Assembly (NCBI GenBank): GCA_016618085.1
Contig: JABLTG010000041.1
Location: 62,001 to 116,950 of the forward strand
DNA length: 54,950 nucleotides
DNA from: Neovahlkampfia damariscottae
Lineage: Eukaryota
Direction of reading: 5' to 3'
Notes under the pieces: model-generated
The model's database searches: none
Told to the model about the DNA's origin: nothing
Seen by the model: only the letters and a program-made list of their open reading frames with translations
Shown: positions 24,985 through 36,453 of the stretch, piece after piece
How the letters are laid out: each line of letters opens with the position of its first letter
Numbering within the stretch: the stretch's first letter is position 1
Program-made: the position numbers and the translations under genes

Positions 24985-27221
24985 ATGAGTGAAGAAAATT
25001 CAGATGGAAAACCAAGACGTAAAAAACGTGCTCCAAGAAAAAAGTCAGAAGAGAATGAAGAAGTTACAACTACACAAGAAGAAATAAAAACGGAAGAAGT
25101 TGTTGAACAAGCTGTGGCACCTCAAGAAAGTGAACAGCCAGAAGAAAAACTGGAAAGTGAAGAAAAAACTGAAAAAAAACCAAGAAGAAAAAAACGTGGA
25201 GCAAAAACATCAGAAGGACAAAATGTCAAAATAGTTGAAGATTCAAATGAAACATCAGAAAACCAAGTTAAAGAAATGACATCAGAAGAAAATAAAGTTA
25301 TTGAAGAAAAAGTAAAAGAACTACAACATTTGAATATAGAAGATTCAGAACAAAAGGAAGAACAAAATATTCAAACAGAAGAAGTTCAAGATGAAACAAA
25401 AACAGACAAAAAATCAAGAAGAAAAAAACATGGAAAAAAAGTAGAAGATGAACCTAAAGATAATTCACCTGTAAAAGAAGAAACAGAAGAAACTCTTATT
25501 AAACAAGAAATAGAAACAGTTCAAAAAGAAGAAGAAAATATTGTTGAAGAAAAAGTAGTTGAAACATCAGAAACAATGAACAATGAAGAAACCAATGAAG
25601 AAAATACAGATGGAAAACCAAGACGTAAAAAAAGAGCACCAAGAAAAAAAACTATTCAAGAAGAACAGTCAACAGAAGAAATTTCTAATGTGACAGAAGT
25701 GGTTGAAAAACAAGAATCAATTGTTGATGATGTTGAAAAAACAAATTTAATACAAGATGAAATTCCAAAAATTGAAGAAGAAAAAGTTGAAGAAGTTTCA
25801 AAAATTGAAGAAGTAAAAATATTGGAAACAAAAGAAGAAGAACAAGTGTTAATTGTTGAAAAAGATGAAGAAGAAAAAGAAACACAAAATGAAGAAACTG
25901 AAGAAAAAAAAGAAAAGAAACCGAGACGAAAAAAACGTGGAGCAAAAACATCATCAGAAGAACAAAATGTCGTTCAACAAGAATTCGACGAAAAATCAGC
26001 TGATCAACAACAAAAAGAAGAAGAAGAAAGAAAAGAAGAAGAAAGAAAAAGAGCTCAAGAAGAAGTTAAAAGAAAAGAAGAAGAAAGACTTCAACAAGAA
26101 AAAATTTTAGAAGAAGAAAAACTTGAAAAACAAAAAGAAGAAGAAAAGAGAATTGCAGAAGAAGAAGCAAGTAGAATTCAAAAAGAAGAAGAAGAAGAAG
26201 AAGAAGCTGCTAGACTTCAAGAACAAATTTTAAGAATTCAAAAAGAAGAACAAGAAAGAAAGGAGGAAGAAAGAAAAATAGAAGAAGAAAGAATCAAGAA
26301 AGAAGAAGCTACAAAAGTGAAGGAAGAAGAAGAAAAAATTACAACTGAAAAGAAACCAAGACGTAAAAAACGTCAACCAAAAGCAGTTGAACAACAAGAA
26401 TTTGAAAAACAAAAAGAAGAAGAGCGTCAACGAGAATTAGAAGAATATAGAAGAGAACAAATTGAAAAACAAAAAGAAGAAGAACATCAAAGAGAAATTG
26501 AAAGAATTAAAAAACAAGAAGAATTTGCAAAACAACAAATTGAAGAACAAAAAAGAGCAGAACAAGAATTAGCGAGAAAATTAGAAGAAGCAAGAATCCA
26601 AAAACAAAAAGAAGAAGAAGAAGAAAGAATAAGATTAGAAGAAGAAGAAAGAATAAGAAAAAAAAAAGAAGAAGAAAATGCTAAAAAAAAACAAGAAGAA
26701 GAACGCAAAAGAAAAGAAGAAGAATTGAAGAAAAAAGAACTTGAACAAGTACTTGAACAACATCCAAAAATCAATCAAACAAGACTTGAAAAACCTGACA
26801 TTTTCTACATTTGTCAATTATTAAATTCAAATCATCCAGGTCTTGAAACTTTAAATTTGAAAAAAAAGAAAATTTCATCAAGGGAGTTGGAAAAAATGTC
26901 TGATTCATTATCAAACACAACTTGTGTAAAGACATTAGATTTGTCCAATAATCTCATTGATGACGAAGCCACTATTTATTTGAAAGATATTTTGATCAAA
27001 AATAAATCTGTTTTGACGTAAGAAAATTGAATGATTTAACATTTGAAAGTCTTGAATTAGCTGGTAATATTTTACATTTTGATGGAGTTAATAATATTTT
27101 GGATGCTTTGGAAGAAAATAAAACATTAACAGATGTTGGTCTTGGTTTTGGATTTACAGATGAAGATTTAGATTATGTTGATGAATTGTTAGATAGAAAT
27201 TTTGAATTAGCTAAAAAATAA
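24985..27221 (+). CDS. Long acidic/ER-K protein with KPRRKKR repeats and a C-terminal tropomodulin-like LRR domain
   Basis: Intron at about 27018-27049 joins the ORFs. SNHPGLETLNL...TLDLSNNLI...LELAGN...LEENKTL...ELLDRN is an RNI-like/Tmod-type LRR. Confidence 0.7.
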
Positions 27222-27275
27222 AAAATGTATCTTAAGATGATGATTGGTGGATCTTTTGAGTTTTTCGAAAAAATC

Positions 27276-27590
27276 ATGGAAGAAGAAAGAAGAAGAACTT
27301 TGTATTTTTCGTTATTCAATGCATGTTTTTGGATGTGTTGTTTGACTGTATTGGCGATATTGTTTATTAGTTTCCTTTTTAGATACTCACTTCCTGTTAT
27401 TTTTTGGATTCCAGCAATTGTTGGAATTTTGTTTTTGTTTCTTTGTGTTTTTGCCATTGCTGGAACTTGCACACTGCCAATTTCAACAACAAACTATTGC
27501 CCTCAAAAAAAACGAGAAGAAGTCATGGAAAGTGTGTTAGTTGAAGATGTGGTCATTGAAAAAGTTGAAGAAACGCCAAATAAAAATTGA
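27276..27590 (+). CDS. Small two-TM Cys-containing protein, paralog 1
   Basis: Shares R.YY/FS.FN...W..TM..P.I.G..TM..C.LP with three paralogs. Start placed after the ATTGG box at 27243. Confidence 0.7.
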   Translation: MEEERRRTLYFSLFNACFWMCCLTVLAILFISFLFRYSLPVIFWIPAIVGILFLFLCVFAIAGTCTLPISTTNYCPQKKREEVMESVLVEDVVIEKVEETPNKN

Positions 27591-27652
27591 TTCATTTTTC
27601 GTTGAAAACTCTTAGTTTCTGATTGGATTATTTTGTTGATCAATTTCTCAAG

Positions 27653-27940
27653 ATGAATTCACAAAGAGCGAGAATATACTATTTTTCATCTTTTAATGCA
27701 TGCAATTGGTTATGCGCTTTTGGATTGTTTTTCATTCTATTTGTCATGTTCTTTGTACTAAGAGGTCCTCCTTATATATACATTTTTCCATCAATAATTG
27801 GAGTTTTGTATATATTTTTATGTGTATTTGCCATTTCAACTGCATGTTCATTGCCACTTAGCAGCCACTTTTACTATCCTGAAATTGATGAAACCCCAGC
27901 TGTAGTCATACAAAAAGAAACACCACCTGAACAAAATTGA
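27653..27940 (+). CDS. Small two-TM Cys-containing protein, paralog 2
   Basis: RARIYYFSSFNACNW...YIFPSIIG...ACSLP; ATTGG box at 27622. Confidence 0.7.
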   Translation: MNSQRARIYYFSSFNACNWLCAFGLFFILFVMFFVLRGPPYIYIFPSIIGVLYIFLCVFAISTACSLPLSSHFYYPEIDETPAVVIQKETPPEQN

Positions 27941-28020
27941 CGAATGCAATAAAATTAATTAAAAATCAATGTTTTCTTGAACAATTTTTTTCACAAATTG
28001 ATTGGTAGATCACACAAGAA

Positions 28021-28317
28021 ATGAAATCGAACCTTGATGATTTCAGAGAAAGGATCATTTTTTACACAAGTTTCAATTTATTCTACTGGCTTGTTGCTTT
28101 CACATGTTTCTTCATTATGGTCATTGGATTCTTTTTCAAATGGATAAACAATTCTTCACTTCTATTTTTGTTTTTGACAATCATGATGATTTCATTTTTA
28201 AGTACATGCATCTGTGCTGTATTCGCAAATTTTTCCTTGCCATACTACAAATACAAATTCTACAGTCGTCGTGAATCCAACGATATTCAATTGTACGAAA
28301 AGCATGAAGATGTTTGA
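28021..28317 (+). CDS. Small two-TM protein, paralog 3
   Basis: RERIIFYTSFNLFYW...FSLP; ATTGG box at 28001. Confidence 0.65.
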   Translation: MKSNLDDFRERIIFYTSFNLFYWLVAFTCFFIMVIGFFFKWINNSSLLFLFLTIMMISFLSTCICAVFANFSLPYYKYKFYSRRESNDIQLYEKHEDV

Positions 28318-28367
28318 GCAAAAAATAAAAAAATTACCACAAACTCCCTTTTTCTTGAAAACAAAAT

Positions 28368-31300
28368 TTATTTGAAATATTCTTTGATAAATGAAGCTAC
28401 ATCATAATTCTGATAATATTTTCCGATTTCTAATTCCGTTTTGTTATCTAAAGGAGACTTTGCAAAACCATTTTTGAAATATTCATCCAACATTTCCTTT
28501 TCATAAGTATGACCATCTGATGCAACAACAGGACATTCAAATATATCCTGAGATATAGGACATATAAAGAAACTTTGAAGTTTGTTTAAATCGATTTTGT
28601 TCATATCTTCAGTATCAAATGCTTTGGTGTCATAAATACTGATCAACATTTCCTCTTTCATCATTTTCTTCTTTGAATTACCAAAATCCAAGTAAAATTC
28701 CGAACCAGAAAAATCTTGAATCTTTCCATAACAGTATCTTTCATCATCTAATTTGCAAACAACACGATCTCCAATATTGAATACATGATCATATTCAGGT
28801 ATTTTGAAAAATTTGATTTCATCTTTATGGATAACCTTTCCAATTTTCAAAAGTTTAATATCACCCAAATGCTCTCGATTGGCTATTATTTTATCATCAT
28901 GGCAATATAAAAGATCCATGATATCCCCTGAGTCAAGAATACCATCTTCTTGAAAGAAATTTCTAATTTCTTTTGAAACATTTCTATAAACTTCATATTC
29001 TGAATTAGAATTCAACATTTGAATCATATTTTCATTCACAATGTAAATAGATACTGCATTTTTGGAATGATTTTCATCTGATTTACTGATCAATTCATCT
29101 CTGAAATAATATTGAACAATTAAATTAGAAACTAATTTGATTGATACCATGGATAGTTTTTGAATTTTCAAATCAATCTTTAACGAATATTTTTGCATCA
29201 AATTAGCTTTGATTAATTCATTGAGACATAATTGGAACGAGTCATTTTTTAATCTATTTGATATTTTATGTGTGATTTCAGAATCTATCAATTTTTCATT
29301 TTTTAAATCATTTTGTTGTCTTCTTGTTTCAATATTTTTGGAAAGAGGAGGAATGTCTAATTTTTCAGATTTGATCCCTCTGTGAAGTATGTTGATCAAA
29401 GATAAATCCAATTGATTCACAACATCCATTGAACAATCATTTTTAAAAATATCATCTTTGACTAAACGAAGATCAATAGTCAAATAACAGTTTGGTGCTT
29501 TCTTTGAGATTGAAATTATCTTATTAATGAGAAATAAAACTTGATCAATGGTCTCAGGGTCTTCAATCGATTTGTAATGATTTTTGAATATTTTGTTTAA
29601 CAATAATTGTGCTTGTTCCAAGGTGATTGATAATTTCACTCCAAATGCTTTGAATAAACCTTCATATTTGTTTTGATATTGTTGTGGGAGTTTTTTAACT
29701 GAGAAATTCTTGAAGTCTGGAGCGTCAAAAACAAACTCTTCATGAGTAAAAAATTCGCCTTTGTGATAGATAAAAGGATGATCCATTGATGTTTTGAATT
29801 CTTTTGAAAATTCAGATAGATTTTCATTCAAATAACTATAAATTTGATCTACGATATTTTCATATTTTTCTTCAGTAAATTTTAATTTTGGGATTAATAA
29901 TAAATGTTGAACGACATCTTTTACTTTTGGTTTTCCATTAAACTTACCAAATTGAACAAATGTATCAAATTGGTTTTTGCAGTCAAAAATAGATGCATCA
30001 TCATAAACAAATAATGAATGTGTCCAGCAAATATCTTTGTATTTGATATCTACCATTTCATTCATTTGAAAGATATCCTTTACTTTTTGTGAAGGATATA
30101 ATTTAGAGTCCAATTTCATTGTTGGTGTATAGTTCAATTTTGTTAATTGAACTAAAATTTCCGAATTGCTGGATGAAGTTAGAAAATATTTCCAAACATT
30201 AAGACACAAATTCGTGGAATTGATTTTTCCATCTTTTTCTTTTAAAATTTCTATCAAGTCTTTTGGATCTGAAGTTTTCATTCCAAGTGATTTAAAAAAT
30301 GAGGCGTATCGTTTTTCATCAAAACTTGAAGGTAGAAATTTTGTTTGTGGCAAGAACTTTTCAAAAATAGGTGTTCTTTTGTAGAAATAAGATGCTGTTT
30401 GACCATCAATGAAGTTTTTACCCGATAAAATGTTCAAGATTTTTTTATCAAACCGATGAAAATCCTTTGCAAAGTAGTCTATCCATTGGAATAGAGATTC
30501 AGGATCTAATTCGCAAATATTCTCCGAAACAATTTCCAGGTCATTTCTTTTTTCAATCAATTTTAACTTTTTGTAAATATCTTGAAGTTGATAACTCGGA
30601 CGTAAAAATTCATACTTTGAAGTCTTAAGGTCAATAGAACGATCTGATTCTATATAGGTTCTCCAATCATTCAAGGAAATCCTTTTTCCTGAAGGAGTTT
30701 CAAAAAATTCCAATTTTTTCAATTTTGATATGTTGCAGTTTGCATTATAAAAATATTGTAAAACTTCATTCTTATTTTGAATAGAATTTGGATTTTGACA
30801 ACAATAATCATAATAAGGATCTAGTTTTTCATTGAAAAATCTATGTTCAAAACGAGGTAATTCTAATGGTTTCAAAAAATCGATCAACTTTTCATCTGAA
30901 CAAAAAACAATTTTGTTGTGCTCTGAAATCGGAATTAATTTCATTTTATCTTTAACAAGAACAATCAATTGAATGTCTTTCTCCAAAAAATTGTTGAACA
31001 TTTGATGAAAATCAACTTTCTCAACACTAAATTGTGGAATTAATAATTTCCAAATTTTTTGATGCCACTTCTCGTCATTTTTGTTTAATTTTGAAAAATG
31101 TTCAATTTCATTGATAATCTTTTCAAAAGAAAATTTTAGTATTTCAATATTGTTGTAAATATCATCCACCAAATAATTTTCAACTGTTGGAATCTGTTCC
31201 AACAAATCTTTGACATCAGAGTTTACAAATAAATGATCATTAAACATTGTGATCTTTTCACCTGACTTTAATAGAAACGGAAATTTTTTGGCACTCAAAT

Positions 31301-34300
31301 CTTCATGTGATTTTATAGAATTCCAAAATAGTTTGATGGTTGTTGCATCTTTGTATATCGCAATATCAATGTTTTCTAATAGAGTTGGCTTTGTCAAATT
31401 GAATTCTTCAAATTTTTTTTGATAATATTTCACAAGGTACTTTGTGTCCATTTCTTTGGCTGAAATTAATTCTTTGATTTTGCATGGCAATTTACAGATC
31501 TTGATTCCATCTTCAATAAAACTCTTCGTCAATGATGAAAAATTTGGTAGGTACAATACCTCATCCATTTTGATATATTCTCGAGTCAATGAGAAAAAGA
31601 TTTTTTCATCCTTTGCTTTTTCAAAGAAATCTTTTCCAAATTTATCATCTGTTGGGAATATTTCATGATAATTTTCAATGGATTTTCCTGGGTTTTTTGC
31701 AATCAAAAATTTCAATATTTGGAGAATGCTAAAAGTAATGATTTCACTGAAAATAATGCGATTCCATTTGTTTCCAAAGCTGTCATTTTTATAATATCCT
31801 GCCACTGAAAGGCTTTTTCTACTTTTTTCAACAGTGAAACTTGAATTTACATGAAAATGAAATTTTTGTTCTGATTTATCGATTGGAAGAGTATGAAATG
31901 CAAACCCATCAATTTTCTTAATTTTGTTGTCAATTAATTGTATTGCAGTTGAAGCAAAAGGAATAAATCTACCAATATGATTCTTTGATTCTTGTAATAT
32001 GGATGAAACCGATTCTTTTGATTTGATATAATAATTGACCAAATATTTTGTTGATTCCGTTTTATCTTTTGTAGATTTCTCTAAGATCACATATCCATTG
32101 AATTTTGATGATTTAAATTCTTTATCTTCTTTGATACATTTTTCAACAGAATAGAGTGTTTTAACAGCTTCTTGGATTTGCATATCAGCTTTTTTCTTAC
32201 AAATTGCAACGGTTGTTCTTTCACCATTTTTTTCAATAATTTCCATTGAAATTGTGATTAAATTCTTTAAAAATAACATTGAATCTTCCATGTTTTTTTG
32301 AAAATTCATCATTATTGTAATGACATCCTCTGAATTATGAACATTGGAAATTTCGGATTTTTGAGTTCTAAGAGGTAATCTGATGAAGGTTCCATCAAAA
32401 TTTTCATCTTCTCCGATCATTTCAAAAGGTAATAAAGAATCCTTACAATTTTTCTTCACAAATTCACTGATCAAAAATATTCTTCCAGGTTTGTTGCCAT
32501 ATTTTTCAAGTGGATCTAGAACAGTAAGTTTTTTGTTACTTAAAATCATTGGTGAATCTGTTAAGTGGTAGGTGGAATTGAATCCAAGATTAAATTGACC
32601 TGTAACTCCAATACGATCTAATTTTCCTTTTTTACCAAGTTCTGTTAGATTTCTTAAATCCTGATCTGTAAATTGTTTGTCATTGATGAAGAAAAGTGAA
32701 GCTCCTTGTGTTTCCTTTAAATCTGGGTGAAGTAACATATTCCCAGAATGTTCTCTTTTGTCTAACACAATTTTTAAAGTTGTTGCTTCTGCATCATCAG
32801 CATTTTGAATCATTTCATGAATAATCGGAATTCCAAATGAATAATTTTCCTCTATAATGTTTCTAACTCTTCTTTTCAAAGGTTCTTTTTGTCCACAGAA
32901 TTCCATTGTCTCTGAGTGTTCCTTTGAAATCAAATTTGAAAATGTTTGTATGTTAAACTTCTTCACAAACTGTCCGAATTTTGAATGAAGAATTGAATAT
33001 TTTCCAATGTCAATTTGAGTCTTTAAATTATCATAATGATCTTTGTTATCAATAAAAAGTAATTCAGAAGTATTTTTGAATTCATTGTAGCTTGTCGGAA
33101 GATGTATTTCTGTTAAATCTAATTCAGGGAACTGATCGACACAATATTCAATCATTGAATACATTATTGAAATCTTCTTTTCTTCTTCAAGATTTTGTTC
33201 AGGAAGTTGAGTCATTTGAAGTAATAAATCTGTAGATTTCAAATCTCCAATTTTGAAAAACTGTTTCACCAATTTTAGATACTTTGAATACATAAATGGT
33301 AGTTGATAGAGAATTGGTGACCAGTTTTCATTAACTTTGAGAAAAACAATATTTGAGTTGATAAATTGAGTATTCATTAAGAAAATCTTCGATTTTTGAT
33401 CATTTTTAAATGTAGTTTTTGAATTGATACTATTTTCAATAGATTCATAAATTTTTTCAATCCACTCTTGATTGACAATGTTTTCATTTGACAATATTTC
33501 AAGTTGTTCGATCATTTTTTGGATTGGTGGAACTGTATCAAGTTTCAATAATTTCTTGACGATGTTTTCACACATACAGCCAACAACAGGAGCTACTGAA
33601 CCAACCAATTTCACTTCTTGATATACTGATCCAACTGCTTCATAGTCATCACTTTTGTATAGTTTCAATGGATAATCATTGTGTTCTTTTAACACTGGAA
33701 TGAATTTTACATTTACTGATTCGATCATTAATTTCCACTCTCGTAAATTTGATTGAATATTCAAAGCGTTTCTATTTAAAACAATCATCAAATCTTCAGG
33801 TTTTGAAGAATCAATCTTTTTCTCAAATAGAGAAGGTGTTATTGATGATACCATTCCAAAGTCGTTTATCATGCAATTCTTGTATTGATCAAATTCTTCC
33901 AGACAAAATACTTGATCCATTTGATAAAGTAACTTAAAATCTTCATTTTCTTTATCCAATAACTGGTCAATTGGTTTATAACCAATAAAATTATCATCTA
34001 AACTTCCAGATGGGACTCTAATCATGTTTTTAAAAGTTGAAACATCTTTTTTTGTCATTCCTAATTTCAAAATAAATTTCACAATAGTATCATATTTGAA
34101 GTTTTGTGTATCACGGAAAACAGTAAGATATGTTTCAAGGATTTTCTTCACTGATCTAAATTCTGATGAATGTGATAAAGCATAAATTATTTCAAGAAAT
34201 GATTCAGTAAGAGTTTCATCCAATATTGCAAGTGAATTTATCTTTTTCATTGACAAGATGTTTTCTAATTTTTGAATTGAATTTAATTGATTAATTTCTT

Positions 34301-35702
34301 GAGATACTTCTGAGAATCCATCTCTCACATGTTTTGGCATTTGAAATACTGAAATATCCAATTTATCAAGGAAAGGAAGTAATTTTATGGAATTTTCATT
34401 GTCAAATGAATAAAGCCATCCATTTCCGATTGTGCATTTTTTGTTCTCATTTTGAACACATGGAATGACCTCTTGTGATTTTAAACTGTTAAATAAATCA
34501 ATTAAAATTGACTTCCATTCAGCATTAGTTAATTTGAATGTTGGAAATAATTCATAGATGTTGAAATTCTCACTTGGTGGTGAATTTCCAAGATGAATAA
34601 TTAAATCTTTGTATAGTTCTGATATTATTTTCATTAATTCCATATTCCAAGACCATTTTAAATCTTTTTTTGATTCTTCTTTCCAAATACTTTTTCTATT
34701 GGACATTAATTCAAACCAACCATTGAAATGAATTGGAAAACCTGTTTCAACAACTGGAAGTGTTGTATAGCAAAAACCTTTTGTTTTTCCATCAAGACGA
34801 CAAACAATATCTGCACAAAGAGAGTAAGGAAATGCATCTTCTTCAAACATTTCTGGTTTATCTTTTTTCTTTGACAATTTAATCCAATTTAACACTTCGT
34901 TCTTTTTTTCAAATGTATTTTCCAAAGTTGAAAAAAAGAATCCATTTGATAATGTTTTAGTCACTTGAATTTCAAACTTTGAGTAACATTTAATATTTTC
35001 TCCTGAGATGGTGAAGAATGATAATTTTTTAACGTTTTGTAAAAATAAAATTTGATCAATTCCTTTGTCAATAAAATCATCAAATAACGTTAAAATCTCT
35101 TCTGAACTGACACAGTTTTTTGAAATTTTTGATTCTTTTTGTCTTAATGGATATCTAAAAAAAGTTCCTTCTATTTTTTCATTGAAATTGACTCCTACTT
35201 TTTCGAATGGTTTAATTTGATCTGAGCATTTTAATATCGTTTCAATATTTTCAGAGATTTTGTATTGAGCACCAGGATTTGAAGTATCATCAGAAAATTT
35301 TAAAAGAGGATCTAAAAAGGTGAAGTAATCACCCGAAACAATACAAGGAGTATCAGTGATATGATAAATGCTGTTAAAACCTATTCCAAATCTACCTGTT
35401 GTTTCTTCATTGTCTTTCTTTTCTGAATCACCAAGTTTGCTGAGACTTTTGTAATCTGTTTCTTTGAAAATTGAATTGTTGAAAGAAAGTAAAGAAGGTC
35501 CTTGTAAAACATCCATTCCATCTGAAAATAATGAATTACGATCATAAATTGTTGTGTCTAAATAAAATTTGACTTCTGTTGCTTTCGCATCGTCAGCATT
35601 TTGCAAAATTTCTTTGATTAAAGTTGTGGTGGGATAATCTTTCAAAATATTCGCTAACCTCACATAAAGTGGTTCGTTTTGTCCAAACGAGATTTTCTTC
35701 AT
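28368..35702 (-). CDS. Sacsin-like protein with two SRR/HATPase repeats and a C-terminal U-box; intronless
   Basis: FGQ.EPL..RL.NI...Y...EILQNADDA.AT and GRFGIGFNSIYHITD occur twice (second copy: EMIQNADDAEAT, GQFNLGFNSTYHLTD). C-terminal FICPISQDIFECPVVASDGHTYEK is a U-box. Confidence 0.9.
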   Translation of the reverse strand: MKKISFGQNEPLYVRLANILKDYPTTTLIKEILQNADDAKATEVKFYLDTTIYDRNSLFSDGMDVLQGPSLLSFNNSIFKETDYKSLSKLGDSEKKDNEETTGRFGIGFNSIYHITDTPCIVSGDYFTFLDPLLKFSDDTSNPGAQYKISENIETILKCSDQIKPFEKVGVNFNEKIEGTFFRYPLRQKESKISKNCVSSEEILTLFDDFIDKGIDQILFLQNVKKLSFFTISGENIKCYSKFEIQVTKTLSNGFFFSTLENTFEKKNEVLNWIKLSKKKDKPEMFEEDAFPYSLCADIVCRLDGKTKGFCYTTLPVVETGFPIHFNGWFELMSNRKSIWKEESKKDLKWSWNMELMKIISELYKDLIIHLGNSPPSENFNIYELFPTFKLTNAEWKSILIDLFNSLKSQEVIPCVQNENKKCTIGNGWLYSFDNENSIKLLPFLDKLDISVFQMPKHVRDGFSEVSQEINQLNSIQKLENILSMKKINSLAILDETLTESFLEIIYALSHSSEFRSVKKILETYLTVFRDTQNFKYDTIVKFILKLGMTKKDVSTFKNMIRVPSGSLDDNFIGYKPIDQLLDKENEDFKLLYQMDQVFCLEEFDQYKNCMINDFGMVSSITPSLFEKKIDSSKPEDLMIVLNRNALNIQSNLREWKLMIESVNVKFIPVLKEHNDYPLKLYKSDDYEAVGSVYQEVKLVGSVAPVVGCMCENIVKKLLKLDTVPPIQKMIEQLEILSNENIVNQEWIEKIYESIENSINSKTTFKNDQKSKIFLMNTQFINSNIVFLKVNENWSPILYQLPFMYSKYLKLVKQFFKIGDLKSTDLLLQMTQLPEQNLEEEKKISIMYSMIEYCVDQFPELDLTEIHLPTSYNEFKNTSELLFIDNKDHYDNLKTQIDIGKYSILHSKFGQFVKKFNIQTFSNLISKEHSETMEFCGQKEPLKRRVRNIIEENYSFGIPIIHEMIQNADDAEATTLKIVLDKREHSGNMLLHPDLKETQGASLFFINDKQFTDQDLRNLTELGKKGKLDRIGVTGQFNLGFNSTYHLTDSPMILSNKKLTVLDPLEKYGNKPGRIFLISEFVKKNCKDSLLPFEMIGEDENFDGTFIRLPLRTQKSEISNVHNSEDVITIMMNFQKNMEDSMLFLKNLITISMEIIEKNGERTTVAICKKKADMQIQEAVKTLYSVEKCIKEDKEFKSSKFNGYVILEKSTKDKTESTKYLVNYYIKSKESVSSILQESKNHIGRFIPFASTAIQLIDNKIKKIDGFAFHTLPIDKSEQKFHFHVNSSFTVEKSRKSLSVAGYYKNDSFGNKWNRIIFSEIITFSILQILKFLIAKNPGKSIENYHEIFPTDDKFGKDFFEKAKDEKIFFSLTREYIKMDEVLYLPNFSSLTKSFIEDGIKICKLPCKIKELISAKEMDTKYLVKYYQKKFEEFNLTKPTLLENIDIAIYKDATTIKLFWNSIKSHEDLSAKKFPFLLKSGEKITMFNDHLFVNSDVKDLLEQIPTVENYLVDDIYNNIEILKFSFEKIINEIEHFSKLNKNDEKWHQKIWKLLIPQFSVEKVDFHQMFNNFLEKDIQLIVLVKDKMKLIPISEHNKIVFCSDEKLIDFLKPLELPRFEHRFFNEKLDPYYDYCCQNPNSIQNKNEVLQYFYNANCNISKLKKLEFFETPSGKRISLNDWRTYIESDRSIDLKTSKYEFLRPSYQLQDIYKKLKLIEKRNDLEIVSENICELDPESLFQWIDYFAKDFHRFDKKILNILSGKNFIDGQTASYFYKRTPIFEKFLPQTKFLPSSFDEKRYASFFKSLGMKTSDPKDLIEILKEKDGKINSTNLCLNVWKYFLTSSSNSEILVQLTKLNYTPTMKLDSKLYPSQKVKDIFQMNEMVDIKYKDICWTHSLFVYDDASIFDCKNQFDTFVQFGKFNGKPKVKDVVQHLLLIPKLKFTEEKYENIVDQIYSYLNENLSEFSKEFKTSMDHPFIYHKGEFFTHEEFVFDAPDFKNFSVKKLPQQYQNKYEGLFKAFGVKLSITLEQAQLLLNKIFKNHYKSIEDPETIDQVLFLINKIISISKKAPNCYLTIDLRLVKDDIFKNDCSMDVVNQLDLSLINILHRGIKSEKLDIPPLSKNIETRRQQNDLKNEKLIDSEITHKISNRLKNDSFQLCLNELIKANLMQKYSLKIDLKIQKLSMVSIKLVSNLIVQYYFRDELISKSDENHSKNAVSIYIVNENMIQMLNSNSEYEVYRNVSKEIRNFFQEDGILDSGDIMDLLYCHDDKIIANREHLGDIKLLKIGKVIHKDEIKFFKIPEYDHVFNIGDRVVCKLDDERYCYGKIQDFSGSEFYLDFGNSKKKMMKEEMLISIYDTKAFDTEDMNKIDLNKLQSFFICPISQDIFECPVVASDGHTYEKEMLDEYFKNGFAKSPLDNKTELEIGKYYQNYDVASFIKEYFK

Positions 35703-36138
35703 TTTTTCATCCAAATAATCCAATGAAAGTTCAGTTTAATAATTGTAGACAGCCAATCATCGACGAACAACGCATTTTTTTGTGGAAATTTCCATAGCTT
35801 TAATTCAAATTCAATTTTGAACTACTCTTTTGTAATTTTCTTTTTTAATTGGGAAAGTTTGAGAACACATCTAGTCCTTTAGATGTTATTTTCACAGTTT
35901 TTTTATCTTCAAGATTTTGAAAATTCATTTTCACATCAAAAACCTGCAATAATAAAATTCTTCTTTAAATTGTAATATCAGAAAGAAGGTCATTTCATCA
36001 AAGGGGCATAAATTAAATAATGAGAATCATCTTAATCAAATCTTGAAATTAATGCATGAATAAATGAATTTTGTTCTGTAAAAATATTCAATTGTCCTAA
36101 TTGGATAGATCTTTTAGTTGATCAAAATTCAATACAAA

Positions 36139-36453
36139 ATGGTACCAGACATGGAACGACATTACACTCGAGTATACTATTACTCAGCCTTGAATAGTTT
36201 TTGTTGGTTATTAGCTCTTACCTTTTTCACTGTCATGTTCATTAGTTTCTTTTTCAGATGGAATGGACCAATAATTTACATATTTCCATCAATCATGGGT
36301 GCTTCATTTTTATTTTTGTGTTTAGTTGCAAGTTGTGCTACTTGTTCATTACCTGCCTACAGAGTTTTTTATATTCCAACAACCTCTGTCAGAACTACTA
36401 CCAATGAAGATTATGAAGACACAAAAGATGAATCAAGTCCACAAAACCTCTAA
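36139..36453 (+). CDS. Small two-TM Cys-containing protein, paralog 4
   Basis: TRVYYYSALNSFCW...YIFPSIMG...ATCSLP; closest to paralog 2. Confidence 0.7.
   Translation: MVPDMERHYTRVYYYSALNSFCWLLALTFFTVMFISFFFRWNGPIIYIFPSIMGASFLFLCLVASCATCSLPAYRVFYIPTTSVRTTTNEDYEDTKDESSPQNL

Noticed and set aside
25685..26817. Poly-K and poly-F/S alternative-frame ORFs
   Set aside because: They are frame and strand shadows of the E/K-rich LRR gene.
35780..36060. Possible gene remnant on the minus strand beside the sacsin gene
   Set aside because: Only a short coding-like peptide with stops and no recognisable motif.
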